In this document: in pieces, positions 38,682 to 49,123 of the stretch
How positions within the stretch are numbered: the first letter of the stretch is position 1
Layout of the letters: every line of letters begins with the position of its first letter
Source of the DNA: an uncultured Erysipelotrichaceae bacterium
GTDB taxonomy: Bacteria; Bacillota_I; Bacilli_A; RF39; UBA660
NCBI GenBank assembly: GCA_902764145.1
Contig: CACWUS010000005.1
Coordinates: 4,207 to 68,206, forward strand
Direction: 5' to 3'
Length of the DNA stretch: 64,000 nucleotides
Made by a program: the position numbers and the translations under genes
The notes under the pieces: generated by a model
Told to the model about the DNA's origin: nothing
Seen by the model: the letters and a program-made list of their open reading frames with translations, nothing else
The model's database searches: none

Positions 38682-39329
38682 ATGTATACAAAAGAAGTAA
38701 TTGAAAAAAAGAGTAAAAGAATTAATAATTTATTAATAGCTATTATTATTATAGTAATAATTTTAATGGTTGAGGTAACTTATATTTATTATCATTCTGA
38801 AGAAGATAAAAAAACAGTAATTGAATTTAATGATTCTATTACTAATGTAATAAACGTAGGTAAAATACCTAGTATTGATATTAATAATTTGAATAATGAA
38901 ATAAGTGCTTTAGAGTTTGTAGATTCAGTTGGAAGTGGATTAGAACTTGGTAATAATAAATATACTGCTCGAATAGATGAAAACAAAGTTATTGTATCAA
39001 TAAATGGCAATGAAAAAGAATATAATATTAAGAATCCTAAATCTATTGTAATTGGTGCTTTAGAAAATAAATATGTAACCATCTATATTCTTTCTAAAGA
39101 TGGAAAATTATATAATATAAAATATAATATTATTAATGATAGTGAAGAATCATGCATTTATTCTTTAAAAGATATTGAATCAATAGATATAGATACTGGA
39201 GAAGTTAATATTTTAAATAAAGATAATTTTGAACCATCCCTATATTTTAAAACAAGCGATAACAAAATATATACTAGTGATAAATTAGTTGATAATCAAA
39301 AGTATTTTGTAGAATTAATAAACAAATAA
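38682..39329 (+). CDS. Hypothetical single-TM extracytoplasmic protein
   Basis: N-terminal TM; AGGTG RBS. Confidence 0.6.
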   Translation: MYTKEVIEKKSKRINNLLIAIIIIVIILMVEVTYIYYHSEEDKKTVIEFNDSITNVINVGKIPSIDINNLNNEISALEFVDSVGSGLELGNNKYTARIDENKVIVSINGNEKEYNIKNPKSIVIGALENKYVTIYILSKDGKLYNIKYNIINDSEESCIYSLKDIESIDIDTGEVNILNKDNFEPSLYFKTSDNKIYTSDKLVDNQKYFVELINK

Positions 39330-39366
39330 AAAAAGGTAACTATTGTTACCTTTATTTTTTTGATAT

Positions 39367-39762
39367 TTATTTTATTTCTATGAATTTCTTTGTTTCTTTC
39401 TTTTCTTCTTTTGGGAAGGAAATTTTTAATACACCATTGTTAAATTTAGCATTGATTTCATCTTCTTTAATGTTTCCAACAGTAAATTGTCTTTTAAATG
39501 ATCCAAATACTCTTTCTTTTCTATAGTAATTCTTATCTTCATCTTCTTTTTCATTTTCTCTAGTAGCTTCTACTGTAAGAATTCCATCTTCAACATCTAG
39601 TTTAATATCATTTTTGTCAAATCCTGGAACATCTAATTCAATGTGAACATTACCACCTTTTTCATAGATATCACACTTCATATCCATTCTTGGCATTTTT
39701 GGCATTGGTGTAAAATCATCAAAGAAATCATCTAAATAAAATTTTCCTGGTAATAAACTCAT
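39367..39762 (-). CDS. Small heat-shock protein (Hsp20/alpha-crystallin)
   Basis: DIYEK...ELDVPGF, YYRKERVFGSFKR, AKFNNGVLKI; RBS AAGGAGA before MSLLP. Confidence 0.93.
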   Translation of the reverse strand: MSLLPGKFYLDDFFDDFTPMPKMPRMDMKCDIYEKGGNVHIELDVPGFDKNDIKLDVEDGILTVEATRENEKEDEDKNYYRKERVFGSFKRQFTVGNIKEDEINAKFNNGVLKISFPKEEKKETKKFIEIK

Positions 39763-39800
39763 TATTATCATCTCCTTACATATATAATTATACTCAATAA

Positions 39801-39827
39801 TTAGCACTTGTCAATAGAGAGTGCTAA
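39801..39827 (-). promoter_or_regulatory. CIRCE element (HrcA operator) upstream of hsp20
   Basis: TTAGCACTT-N9-GAGTGCTAA, one mismatch from TTAGCACTC-N9-GAGTGCTAA. Confidence 0.88.
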
Positions 39828-40005
39828 TTTTTTTAATCTTTTTTACATTAATATTATGTTCATTTTGTAAAATATTAGTAGTTTATAGTTGATTTTTCTT
39901 TTTTTAATATATAAAATATGATAAAATATTATTGTTTTAATGAACTTATAGTGTTTTGTTAATTTTTATTAAATTATTTAATATTATATTATTAGGGGTA
40001 GTTGT

Positions 40006-41217
40006 ATGAAGAAAGATAAAAAGTTTTTAAAAGATTTAGAAGATGGTCTTGGAAATATTAAAGAAAAATATAAGAAGAGTATTATTTCTAAATATGAAAA
40101 TATTATTAAGGAAGAAAAATCTAAAAAGAGAAAAATCACTGAAATTTTAAAAGAATTAGGTAATCCTAAAGATATTGCTGAAAACGAATTAAAGTTAATT
40201 AAGAAAGATAATGTATTTACTAAAGTAAGTAGTTTTTTTAAAAAACATTTTTCTAATGATAAAAAGGAAAAAGATTATGTTAAAGAAGAAACTAAGAGAA
40301 TTAACAAAGAAATTAGAAAAGAAAAAAGAAAAAATATTAAAAATAAATTAAAATCTTTTGGTACTTTTATAACAAAAGATATAAAATTTAATAAAAGTGA
40401 TAAACCTAAAAAGACTAAGGTAAAAGAAGAAACTACCATTGTTGAAGAAACTGTAAAAGATTTCGAAGATGAAATAAGTGATGTGGCTGAAATAGTTACT
40501 GAAAAAAAGATTTTTGAAAGTAAAAAAGATAGAAATAGAAGAATATTATTAAAAACTTTAGGAATTGTTTTAACAATATTGTTATTATTTATATGGTTAT
40601 GGGTTTCTGTTGTATTTATAGCAAGTATTTTTGCTTATTTAGATAAAATAAGATTTGTTGGTATTAATATTGCTTTATTTGGATTGGATGCTTTATTATT
40701 ATGGATTGTTATAATAGTGAATAGAGCTATATTTAAAAAGGAAAGTAATTGGAAACTTAATTTAATTGTATCTGTTATATGTTTAGTTATAATTGCATTA
40801 GGAATTGTTCTTACTATTAGACAAATATCAAAAATAGAAACTGTAAAAGATGTTAGCATAAAATATAGTATGACTACTAAATTAAGTAATTATACTTTAC
40901 CAAATGAAATTGATAAAAAGTTTACTATAACATTTAATAGTAATTATAAAACTCAGTACGTTATGAATTATGATGATACTTTAAAAGATAAGATTAAAGT
41001 TGAAGTAAAATATTATGAATGTTACTATGACTATTATGTTAAAGAGACATCTAATAGTTCATATATATCATTAAAATTAGATGATAGAGATAGACTAAGT
41101 GTATATATTGATGATTTAAAAGAAGGACTTGTATTTGATAATGATGAATTATCTAGATATGTAGTTAGAATTTCTATTAATCCTGATGATGTTGGAAGGT
41201 TAGTTATTAATGACTAA
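40006..41217 (+). CDS. DUF1700/HAAS-like membrane protein
   Basis: N-terminal FLKDLE...LGNPKDIA helical module, long charged linker, 3 TM, C-terminal beta domain. Confidence 0.55.
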   Translation: MKKDKKFLKDLEDGLGNIKEKYKKSIISKYENIIKEEKSKKRKITEILKELGNPKDIAENELKLIKKDNVFTKVSSFFKKHFSNDKKEKDYVKEETKRINKEIRKEKRKNIKNKLKSFGTFITKDIKFNKSDKPKKTKVKEETTIVEETVKDFEDEISDVAEIVTEKKIFESKKDRNRRILLKTLGIVLTILLLFIWLWVSVVFIASIFAYLDKIRFVGINIALFGLDALLLWIVIIVNRAIFKKESNWKLNLIVSVICLVIIALGIVLTIRQISKIETVKDVSIKYSMTTKLSNYTLPNEIDKKFTITFNSNYKTQYVMNYDDTLKDKIKVEVKYYECYYDYYVKETSNSSYISLKLDDRDRLSVYIDDLKEGLVFDNDELSRYVVRISINPDDVGRLVIND

Positions 41218-41594
41218 TCTTCTTTTTTTAGTTCATTTACTTTATCATTTAGTTCATTTATAGCATTAATTATTGTATCTATTTCAAAACTATGATTTGG
41301 GAATGCTTTGTCTATTATTTCTTTTGCTTTTTCAATTTTATAATATGAAGGATTATAAATTGACTTAACTTTTTTAGAATTAATATTTATTCCTCCACCT
41401 TTAATTCTTGCTTCTATAATATTTTGTGATGCAGCATGAGTAACTACAGTTTGGGCTATTAGCATGATCCAATTTCCTAAAGTATTTTGCTCTGTTACGC
41501 TCAAATCATCTATTAATAATAATCCTATTATATATGCAATTGTTGTAGAATAATTAGGATTAACATTAAATATATCATTATATGCTTTCTTCAT
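41214..41594 (-). CDS. Conserved hypothetical protein (weakly DUF6774-like)
   Basis: IIGLLLIDDLSVTEQNTLGNWIMLIAQ amphipathic motif; start uncertain, no clear RBS. Confidence 0.55.
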   Translation of the reverse strand: MKKAYNDIFNVNPNYSTTIAYIIGLLLIDDLSVTEQNTLGNWIMLIAQTVVTHAASQNIIEARIKGGGININSKKVKSIYNPSYYKIEKAKEIIDKAFPNHSFEIDTIINAINELNDKVNELKKED

Positions 41595-41623
41595 ATTTAA
41601 TTGTATGTTTAAATACATAAAAA

Positions 41624-41645
41624 AACTCAAGACTAATCTTGAGTT
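41624..41645 (-). terminator. Intrinsic terminator downstream of tRNA-Asn
   Basis: AACTCAAGA-ctaa-TCTTGAGTT flanked by A and T runs. Confidence 0.7.
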
Positions 41646-41655
41646 ATTTTTTAAA

Positions 41656-41731
41656 TGGCGCCCGATGTAGGACTCGAACCTACGACCTAACGGTTAACAG
41701 CCGTGCGCTCTACCGACTGAGCTAATCGGGC
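41656..41731 (-). tRNA. tRNA-Asn (GTT)
   Basis: GCCCGAT...AGCTCAGTCGGTAGAGC...CGGCT-GTT-AACCG...GGTTCGAGTCC...ATCGGGC-G-CCA; 76 nt, CCA encoded. Confidence 0.98.
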
Positions 41732-41844
41732 AATTTCAGCCAACTACATGAAATATTATATGATAGTATTATTGTTTTGTCAATAAAAATGTAGACTTTT
41801 ATAGTTAAAATTGGTAAAATTATTTTAGTTAAAGAGGGATTATT

Positions 41845-42819
41845 ATGAATGAAAATTTAGAAATAATTGAGTTAGACACAAAGAAAAAAGATGATAATAA
41901 AATTAAATATAGTATTCTTGATACATATGGTGAAAATTTAAGTAAAAAAGAGTATATAACTAATCCAGCTATAGGTCGTGATAAGGAAATAGAACAAACC
42001 ATTGAAATATTATTAACACCAGAAAAGAGTGCTTTACTTGTAGGTAAAGCTGGTATAGGTAAAACTGCAATTGTTGAAGGAATAGGATATAGAATGGTTA
42101 ATGGAACTATTCCAAATGCATTAAAGCCATATGAATTAATAAAGGTTAATATTTCTAGTTTACTTGGCGAAACAGTTGTTGATGGCCATACTGAAAATAG
42201 ATTACAATTATTAGTAGATGAATTAAAAACTAAAAAGAATATAATATTGTTTATAGATGAAGTTCATTTACTTGTTAATAGAAATACAACAAATATGAAT
42301 ATAGATTTTGCCAACATGTTAAAACCAGGTTTAGATCGTGGAGATATTAAAATGATTGGAGCAACAACTGATGAAGAATATGAAGCATATATTTTAAGAG
42401 ATAGAGCTTTCTTAAGACGTTTTCTAAGAGTTGATGTTTTAGAACCAACTGTTGAAGAATGTACACAAATATTAATGGGAACTTATCCAAAATATGAAAA
42501 GAGAACTGGTATTAAAATTAATTATACAGATTTCATTAAAGAAAAAATATTTAGATTTATTGTTGAAATGACTGATGAATATAAAAGAGTATATGAAATA
42601 GGTAATAGATATCCAGATATAGCTTTAACGATTTTGATGAGTGCATTTTCAATGGCATTATTTGAAAACGCAACAGAAGTTAAATTAAAACACTTCTATA
42701 GAGCAATTTGCCGCACAAAAGCAATATATGAAGATTCTAAAGTTAAAGAAATTGCTAGATTTAAAGAAGAATTTGCTGATTTAATTAAAGAAGAAAACTT
42801 AGATTTAAATCAAATATAA
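41845..42819 (+). CDS. ClpA/B-type AAA+ ATPase, first nucleotide-binding domain only
   Basis: PAIGRDKEI, Walker A GKAGIGKT, Walker B LFIDEVH, GATT..EY, AFLRRF, YPDIA; ends at 324 aa. Confidence 0.85.
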   Translation: MNENLEIIELDTKKKDDNKIKYSILDTYGENLSKKEYITNPAIGRDKEIEQTIEILLTPEKSALLVGKAGIGKTAIVEGIGYRMVNGTIPNALKPYELIKVNISSLLGETVVDGHTENRLQLLVDELKTKKNIILFIDEVHLLVNRNTTNMNIDFANMLKPGLDRGDIKMIGATTDEEYEAYILRDRAFLRRFLRVDVLEPTVEECTQILMGTYPKYEKRTGIKINYTDFIKEKIFRFIVEMTDEYKRVYEIGNRYPDIALTILMSAFSMALFENATEVKLKHFYRAICRTKAIYEDSKVKEIARFKEEFADLIKEENLDLNQI

Positions 42820-43009
42820 CTTGTTTTATACAAGTTTTTTTATTTTGTCTATATTTGTTTTTTATATTTATATAATTAATTAAAAAGTTAAAAATTACTA
42901 AGGAATAATTTAATAATTATGTAATAAATTTATTTAATAATTTAATTATATTGATTTGAACAATATTTATCATTTTTGTATACTCCTTTTAATGAAAGGA
43001 GTTATTTGA

Positions 43010-43894
43010 ATGCAATCTATTAAAGTAAGAAATGTTAGTAAGACAATTAATGGAAAAAAGATATTAAAAAACATAAGTTTTGATGCTTATGAAGGAGATA
43101 TTATTGGTCTTGTTGGTGAAAATGGAGCAGGTAAAAGTACTTTAATGAAAGTAATGACAGGATTATATAATTTTGATGAGGGAGAAATATACTATTATGA
43201 TTATAGCTTAAAAAAAGATTTTGAAAAATCAATGTCTATTATAGGTACTTTGATTGAATATCCTGATTTATATAAAAATTTATCTGGAAAGAATAATTTA
43301 AAAATATTTAAATCAATGTTTAAAGGAATAAGTGAAGATACAATAGAAGAAATAGTTAAAATTGTAGAAATGGAAAAATTTTTAGGGAAGAAATTTAAAA
43401 CATATTCGCTTGGTATGAAAGAAAGACTAGGAATAGCAAGTGCACTTATTAATAAGCCTAAAATATTAATTTTAGATGAACCTACTAATGGTCTTGATCC
43501 CTCAGGTAGTAAAAATATTTTGAATATTTTAAAAAGCATGAAAAATACTACCATTATTATTTCTTCTCATATGTTAAATGAAATGGAAAGTATATGCAAT
43601 AAAATAATATTTATTAAAAATGGTAAGATAGTTGATATAAAGATAATAGATAAAAGTGCTAAAAAGAAAAATATTAAATTTGAAGTTGATGATTTTTCAA
43701 AAGCGAAAATGATATTAAATGATTATTGTATTAATGAGAATTTAGAAGTATATGAATCAGATGAAACTATTTCTGATTTAAATAAAAAATTATTAGATAA
43801 TAATATAAATGTTTATAGGATATATGAAGATAACAGTAGTTTAGAACAGGAATTTTTAGATCTAGTTAATAATGATAAAATTAATCAACAATGA
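43010..43894 (+). CDS. ABC transporter ATP-binding protein (BcrA-like)
   Basis: GENGAGKST, YSLGMKERL, ILDEPTNGLD, SSH. Confidence 0.93.
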   Translation: MQSIKVRNVSKTINGKKILKNISFDAYEGDIIGLVGENGAGKSTLMKVMTGLYNFDEGEIYYYDYSLKKDFEKSMSIIGTLIEYPDLYKNLSGKNNLKIFKSMFKGISEDTIEEIVKIVEMEKFLGKKFKTYSLGMKERLGIASALINKPKILILDEPTNGLDPSGSKNILNILKSMKNTTIIISSHMLNEMESICNKIIFIKNGKIVDIKIIDKSAKKKNIKFEVDDFSKAKMILNDYCINENLEVYESDETISDLNKKLLDNNINVYRIYEDNSSLEQEFLDLVNNDKINQQ

Positions 43895-44582
43895 ATTTAT
43901 TAAAGTAAAGAAAATTAAATTAATAATGTCTCAATTACTATTGTTGATAATTGTATTCATCATAAACAAATATGGCAAAAAATTTTTACTTGATTCTATA
44001 TATAATATGATACCATTTATTGGAATGATGGCATGTGTAATTTTCTCTGGAAGTATATGTGGTGAAATAGAAAGTGGCACTATTAAATATTATTTAACAA
44101 AGCCATATAAAAGATGGAAAATATATTTATCTAAATTAATATGTGTATATTTATATTTAACTATTACAATATTAGCAATAATTCTATTTTCATTTATTCT
44201 TATAGATTATTTTGATTTAAGTTATATTAAAGATTATTATTTATATAATATACCAAATTATTTTATTGTAACATTTACTATGTATTTGTCTGTAAAATTT
44301 AAGAATCAATCATTATGTGTAGGTATTTCAGTTTTTTTATTATCTTTTTCATTAATAATAAGTCAAGTGTTATTTGGATATAATTTTAATGTTATAGAGT
44401 ATACTATATTACCTTATTTAGATTTTTCAATATTTAAAGACAAAAATACATTAAATATTATTAATGATGAGTTAAATACTAGTTTAAATTTAAATAAAGC
44501 AATTATAATTAACTTTATTAATATTATTATTTTTTATATTATAGGAAATTATAAGTTTAATAAAAAGGATATTAAAAATTAA
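43872..44582 (+). CDS. ABC-2 type permease
   Basis: EIESGTIKYYLTKP.KRWKIYLSK motif; about 6 TM; overlaps the ATPase gene. Confidence 0.88.
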   Translation: MIKLINNEFIKVKKIKLIMSQLLLLIIVFIINKYGKKFLLDSIYNMIPFIGMMACVIFSGSICGEIESGTIKYYLTKPYKRWKIYLSKLICVYLYLTITILAIILFSFILIDYFDLSYIKDYYLYNIPNYFIVTFTMYLSVKFKNQSLCVGISVFLLSFSLIISQVLFGYNFNVIEYTILPYLDFSIFKDKNTLNIINDELNTSLNLNKAIIINFINIIIFYIIGNYKFNKKDIKN

Positions 44583-45136
44583 TATCCTTTTTGTTTATAA
44601 TAATCTAATAATTCTGCGAATCTTGTGTAGTGAACAACTTCTCTTTGTCTTAAAAAACTAAGAGGTGCAAGCAAAGATTCGTCATTTGTTAAATCCATTA
44701 GATTTTGATAAGTTGCCCTTGCTTTTTCTTCAGCTGCCATATCTTCTTGCAAGTCTACAATTGGATTTCCTGTTGATGCTATGTAAGCAGAAGTAAAGGG
44801 TACTCCATTTGCATCTGCTGGATATAAACCTTTATTATGCTGAGTATACCATGCATCTAGGCCATTTGCTTTTAATTCTTCGATGGTAGCACCTTTTATT
44901 AATTGATTTATCATTGTACATATCATTTCAACATGCCCCAATTCTTCACATGCAATATCAGACAGTAAAGCTTTTCCTCTATCATCTGGCATACTAAATC
45001 TTTGAACGAAATATCTTAGTGATGCACTTAATTCTGAATCGGGTCCACCAAGCTGGGCCATTAGAAGTTTAGCCATTTTTAAATCTTTCTTTTTAACATT
45101 GATTGGATATTCTAACATTTTTTCATATTTAAACAT
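44579..45136 (-). CDS. cotJC: Spore coat manganese catalase-family protein CotJC
   Basis: QLGGPDSELSASLRY, EELGHVEM, EDMAAEEKAR, QREVVH. Confidence 0.93.
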   Translation of the reverse strand: MFKYEKMLEYPINVKKKDLKMAKLLMAQLGGPDSELSASLRYFVQRFSMPDDRGKALLSDIACEELGHVEMICTMINQLIKGATIEELKANGLDAWYTQHNKGLYPADANGVPFTSAYIASTGNPIVDLQEDMAAEEKARATYQNLMDLTNDESLLAPLSFLRQREVVHYTRFAELLDYYKQKGY

Positions 45137-45137
45137 A

Positions 45138-45590
45138 TTATTTACCTCCTTTGTCCCATGGCCAAGGATTATTTATCCATGTCCATTTGTCATCATTAGT
45201 TACATCACTTGCACATAATACTCCATATGTATTTTCATATTTAGTTTTGACATTTTCCAATTCTTTTCTTATTTTTTGAAATTCAAATAGAGCACTTTGG
45301 TCAGTTGGATGAGTATCTAAATATAAATTTAAATCTTTTAATGCAAAAGTATACATTTGTACTTTATATAGTAAATTATCTTTTTGATTCATAGTTTTTA
45401 ATTTATACACATGATTTTTATATTTTGAGTATAAATCTTTAAACATATTACCTTTGTTAAAACCATCTTCTACGCTATCTAATTGATTGCTTCTATTAAA
45501 ATTAATTTCATCTATATTAATGCTATAATCATTTAAATTATCTATTTGAAAATAATCATCAAAATAATTATTATTTTGATCAAAATACAT
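45138..45590 (-). CDS. cotJB: CotJA-CotJB fusion spore coat protein
   Basis: CotJB part YTFALKDLNLYLDTHP...W.WINNPWPWD; upstream EDGFNKGNMFKDLYSKY resembles the CotJA core. Confidence 0.82.
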   Translation of the reverse strand: MYFDQNNNYFDDYFQIDNLNDYSINIDEINFNRSNQLDSVEDGFNKGNMFKDLYSKYKNHVYKLKTMNQKDNLLYKVQMYTFALKDLNLYLDTHPTDQSALFEFQKIRKELENVKTKYENTYGVLCASDVTNDDKWTWINNPWPWDKGGK

Positions 45591-45609
45591 TTTAATCACC
45601 TTCCTAGAC

Positions 45610-45636
45610 TATTGTATGTAATGATATTTTAATTGT
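45610..45636 (-). promoter_or_regulatory. sigmaK/sigmaE-type mother-cell promoter for the cotJ operon
   Basis: Minus strand reads AC-N16-CATACAATA, then RBS AGGAAGGTGA and ATG. Confidence 0.6.
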
Positions 45637-45726
45637 TTGGACTAGTTAATTAAAAAAATATGTAAAATATACAAAAAAACTTGTATATAATTTTCTAATA
45701 ATGATAAAATGATAATGGTGATAATA

Positions 45727-46176
45727 ATGCAATATAAATTTACAGCTTATTCAGAGGATGATACTATTGAACTAGCGCAAAATATTGAATCTGAAAAATT
45801 TCCAAATATGGTGATTTGTCTTGAAGGAGATTTAGGAAGTGGAAAAACTGTATTTGCTAAAGCATTTGCTAAAGCTGATGGGATTAGTGAAAATATTACT
45901 TCTCCTACATTTACAATTATTAAAGAATATGATGGTGAATTGAAACTATTCCATATGGATGTATATAGATTAAGCGATGTTAAGCAAGATATTGGAATAG
46001 AAGAATATTTCACTAAAAAAGGAGTCTGTATTATAGAGTGGTCTGATCTAATCGAGGATATTTTACCTAAAAATAGATTGGATATAAGAATTAAAATTAT
46101 AGATGAGGATACAAGACAATTTATTATCACACCACATGGAAGTAAGTATGAAGATTTATGCGAAAGAGTTTTATAA
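45727..46176 (+). CDS. tsaE: tRNA threonylcarbamoyladenosine biosynthesis ATPase TsaE
   Basis: GDLGSGKT, TSPTFTII..Y, HMDVYR, IEW. Confidence 0.95.
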   Translation: MQYKFTAYSEDDTIELAQNIESEKFPNMVICLEGDLGSGKTVFAKAFAKADGISENITSPTFTIIKEYDGELKLFHMDVYRLSDVKQDIGIEEYFTKKGVCIIEWSDLIEDILPKNRLDIRIKIIDEDTRQFIITPHGSKYEDLCERVL

Positions 46177-46232
46177 CTCTTTCTTTTTATTTTGTTTTAT
46201 TATAAAATATTAATAGAAAATAGGAGGATAAA

Positions 46233-48563
46233 ATGGAAGAATTTGAAAAAATGGATGCTTATTTTAGAGCAGCTAATTATTTGTCATTAGGACAATTATA
46301 TTTAAAGGATAATCCTTTGTTAAAAAAGCCATTATCATTAGATGATATAAAACCAAATGTTGTAGGACATTGGGGTACAGCACCTGGACAAAATTTTATT
46401 TATGTTCATTTAAATAGAATTATTAAAAAATATGATTTAGATATGATATATATATCTGGACCTGGTCATGGAGGACAGGCAATAGTTTCAAATACTTATT
46501 TAGAAGGAAGCTATACTGAGACTTATCCTAGTATTACTGAAGATGAAGCGGGACTTAAAAAGTTATTTAAACAATTTAGTTTTCCAGGTGGAATAAGTTC
46601 ACATGTTGCTCCTGAAACACCAGGTAGTATAAATGAAGGTGGTGAACTTGGATATTCTCTTTCTCATGCTTTTGGTGCAGTATTAGACAATCCTGATTTA
46701 ATAGCTGCATGTGTAGTAGGTGATGGTGAAGCAGAAACTGGCCCTCTAGCAGCATCATGGCATTTGAATAAAATAATTAATCCACTTACAGATGGAATAG
46801 TATTACCAATACTTCATTTAAATGGTTATAAAATTGCAAACCCTACAATATTTGCAAGAATTCCTGAAGAAGAATTAATCAAATTTTTTGAAGGATGTGG
46901 TTGGCATCCATATATTGTCGAAGAAAAAAATACAATGAAATTGCATGAACTAATGGCTAAAACATTAGATAAATGTATAGAAGAAATAAAAGAAATTAAA
47001 TCAAAAACTAGACTTAACAAAAGAGCAGTTTTACCAATGATTATTTTAAAGACTCCTAAAGGATGGACTGGACCTAAAATGGTTGATAATAAGGAAATAG
47101 AAGGTAGCTTTAGATCACATCAAGTTCCAGTTTTAGTAAACAAAGCAAATCCTCAAAATTTACCAATTTTAGAAGCATGGTTAAAAAGTTATAAACCAGA
47201 AGAATTATTTGATGAAAATGGTAGATTAAAAGAGGAAATAAAAAGTCTTGCTCCAGTTGGAAATAGACGTATGGGAATGAATCCTCACGCTAATGGAGGC
47301 CAATTATTAGAAGAATTAAACATTCCAGACTTTAGAAATTATGGAATTGATATTAAGGATCGTGGGGAAGTTATTTCACAAGATATGATGGAACTAGGTA
47401 AGTTTATTAGAGATATTATTAAACTTAATGAAGATAAAAAGAATTTTAGAATATTTGGTCCAGATGAAGCTTTATCAAATAGACTAAACCACGTATTTGA
47501 AGTAACTAATAGGCAATGGAATGGAATAACATATGATAATGATGAATTTTTAGATAATAGTGGAAGAGTAATTGATTCCGTCTTGTCAGAACATTTATGT
47601 GAAGGTATGTTAGAAGGATATTTGCTTACTGGTAGACATGGGTTCTTTCATAGTTATGAATCATTTATTAGAATAGTTGATTCAATGACTTCGCAACATG
47701 CTAAGTGGTTAAAAGTAACAAAAGAACTTCCTTGGAGAAGAGAAATATCATCATTAAATTATATCTTAGCATCATACGTATGGCAACAAGACCATAATGG
47801 TTTTACTCATCAGGACCCAGGATTCTTAAATCACTTAGTTACTAAAAAAGCAGATACTGTAAGAATATATTTACCACCAGACACAAATACATTAATTTCT
47901 TGTTTTGATCATTGTATTAGAAGTAAAAATTATATAAATGTAATTGTTGCATCTAAACACCCTAGAGTTCAATGGTTAACTATGGATGAAGCAATTAAGC
48001 ATTGTACAAAAGGTTTAGGTATATGGGAATTTGCTAGTAATGATAATGGAGAAGAACCTGACTTAGTAATGGCATGTGCTGGTGAAACTCCAACTATTGA
48101 GGCACTAGCTGCTACTAAAATATTGAGAGAAAACTTCCCAGAACTTAAAATTAGATTTATTAATGTAGTTGATTTAATGAAGTTAGAAAGTGCAACTGCT
48201 CATCCACATGGGCTTGAAGAAGATGAATTTGATAATTTATTTACAAAGAAAAAACCAATCATTTTTGCATTCCATGGATATCCTCATCTAATTCATCAAC
48301 TAGCTTATAAGAGAACTAATAAAAACCTTCACGTTCATGGATATTTAGAAGAAGGTACAATAACTACAACATTTGATATGAAAGTTCAAAATAAATTAGA
48401 TAGATATCACTTAGTTATGGACGCATTAAAATATTTACCACAATTAGGTGATAGAAAAGCATCATTAATAGAATGGTGTAAAGATAAACTTATTGAACAT
48501 AAAGAATACATTCATGAATATGGTGAAGACATGCCTGAAATAAGAAATTGGACATGGAAATAA
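46233..48563 (+). CDS. xfp: Xylulose-5-phosphate/fructose-6-phosphate phosphoketolase
   Basis: [45 protein letters not shown]. Confidence 0.97.
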   Translation: MEEFEKMDAYFRAANYLSLGQLYLKDNPLLKKPLSLDDIKPNVVGHWGTAPGQNFIYVHLNRIIKKYDLDMIYISGPGHGGQAIVSNTYLEGSYTETYPSITEDEAGLKKLFKQFSFPGGISSHVAPETPGSINEGGELGYSLSHAFGAVLDNPDLIAACVVGDGEAETGPLAASWHLNKIINPLTDGIVLPILHLNGYKIANPTIFARIPEEELIKFFEGCGWHPYIVEEKNTMKLHELMAKTLDKCIEEIKEIKSKTRLNKRAVLPMIILKTPKGWTGPKMVDNKEIEGSFRSHQVPVLVNKANPQNLPILEAWLKSYKPEELFDENGRLKEEIKSLAPVGNRRMGMNPHANGGQLLEELNIPDFRNYGIDIKDRGEVISQDMMELGKFIRDIIKLNEDKKNFRIFGPDEALSNRLNHVFEVTNRQWNGITYDNDEFLDNSGRVIDSVLSEHLCEGMLEGYLLTGRHGFFHSYESFIRIVDSMTSQHAKWLKVTKELPWRREISSLNYILASYVWQQDHNGFTHQDPGFLNHLVTKKADTVRIYLPPDTNTLISCFDHCIRSKNYINVIVASKHPRVQWLTMDEAIKHCTKGLGIWEFASNDNGEEPDLVMACAGETPTIEALAATKILRENFPELKIRFINVVDLMKLESATAHPHGLEEDEFDNLFTKKKPIIFAFHGYPHLIHQLAYKRTNKNLHVHGYLEEGTITTTFDMKVQNKLDRYHLVMDALKYLPQLGDRKASLIEWCKDKLIEHKEYIHEYGEDMPEIRNWTWK

Positions 48564-48588
48564 AAAAACCTACTTATGTAGGTTTTTT
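48563..48588. terminator. Bidirectional intrinsic terminator
   Basis: AAAAAACCTAC-ttat-GTAGGTTTTTT between convergent genes. Confidence 0.8.
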
Positions 48589-49123
48589 ATATTAAATCCA
48601 TTTGTGTAATTATATAATCATATTTACTCATATCAATTACTTGCTTGCAATATGGACATACCCCTGTATTATTAATATCTAATGTTCTTCCACAGCTTGT
48701 ACATCTTCTTGCTTCTTGTAATTTCTTAGCATTTATATTTTTAGAAAATATAATTCTATGTTCTTTTTCTATTCTCCTTTGATTATTACCGCTTACAAAA
48801 TTACCATTTTCATCTACAAAGTAATCCATATATCTAGATGTTAAATTAATCTCAATATTAATTTTATTGTCTTGTATATATGAATCTAAAATTTTAGTTT
48901 CTTTAACGTTCATTTCATCAAATATCCTTGTTAATCCTTTTTCTTTATAAGTGTTAACAAGATCATTAAACTTATTATAAACATTATCACTTAAATAATG
49001 CTTAACACTAATCATATCATTTTCTAATATTGCATCTAATATCATAATAAATATGTGGTCTACTTTACTTAAGAATAGTGCTTCATTAAAATTAGTATCA
49101 TTCTCAGTTATTTTTTCTATCAT
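48587..49123 (-). CDS. Tim44-like domain protein with C-terminal double zinc ribbon
   Basis: Tim44-like core (TSRYMDY); CTSCG...CPYC; TAATG overlap with upstream paralogue. Confidence 0.75.
   Translation of the reverse strand: MIEKITENDTNFNEALFLSKVDHIFIMILDAILENDMISVKHYLSDNVYNKFNDLVNTYKEKGLTRIFDEMNVKETKILDSYIQDNKINIEINLTSRYMDYFVDENGNFVSGNNQRRIEKEHRIIFSKNINAKKLQEARRCTSCGRTLDINNTGVCPYCKQVIDMSKYDYIITQMDLI

Noticed and set aside
41760-41844. CtsR operator upstream of the Clp-like ATPase
   Set aside because: No GGTCAAA-type heptad direct repeat visible
41214-42819. Genomic island integrated at tRNA-Asn
   Set aside because: No integrase, no duplicated tRNA 3' end and no obvious compositional shift on either side
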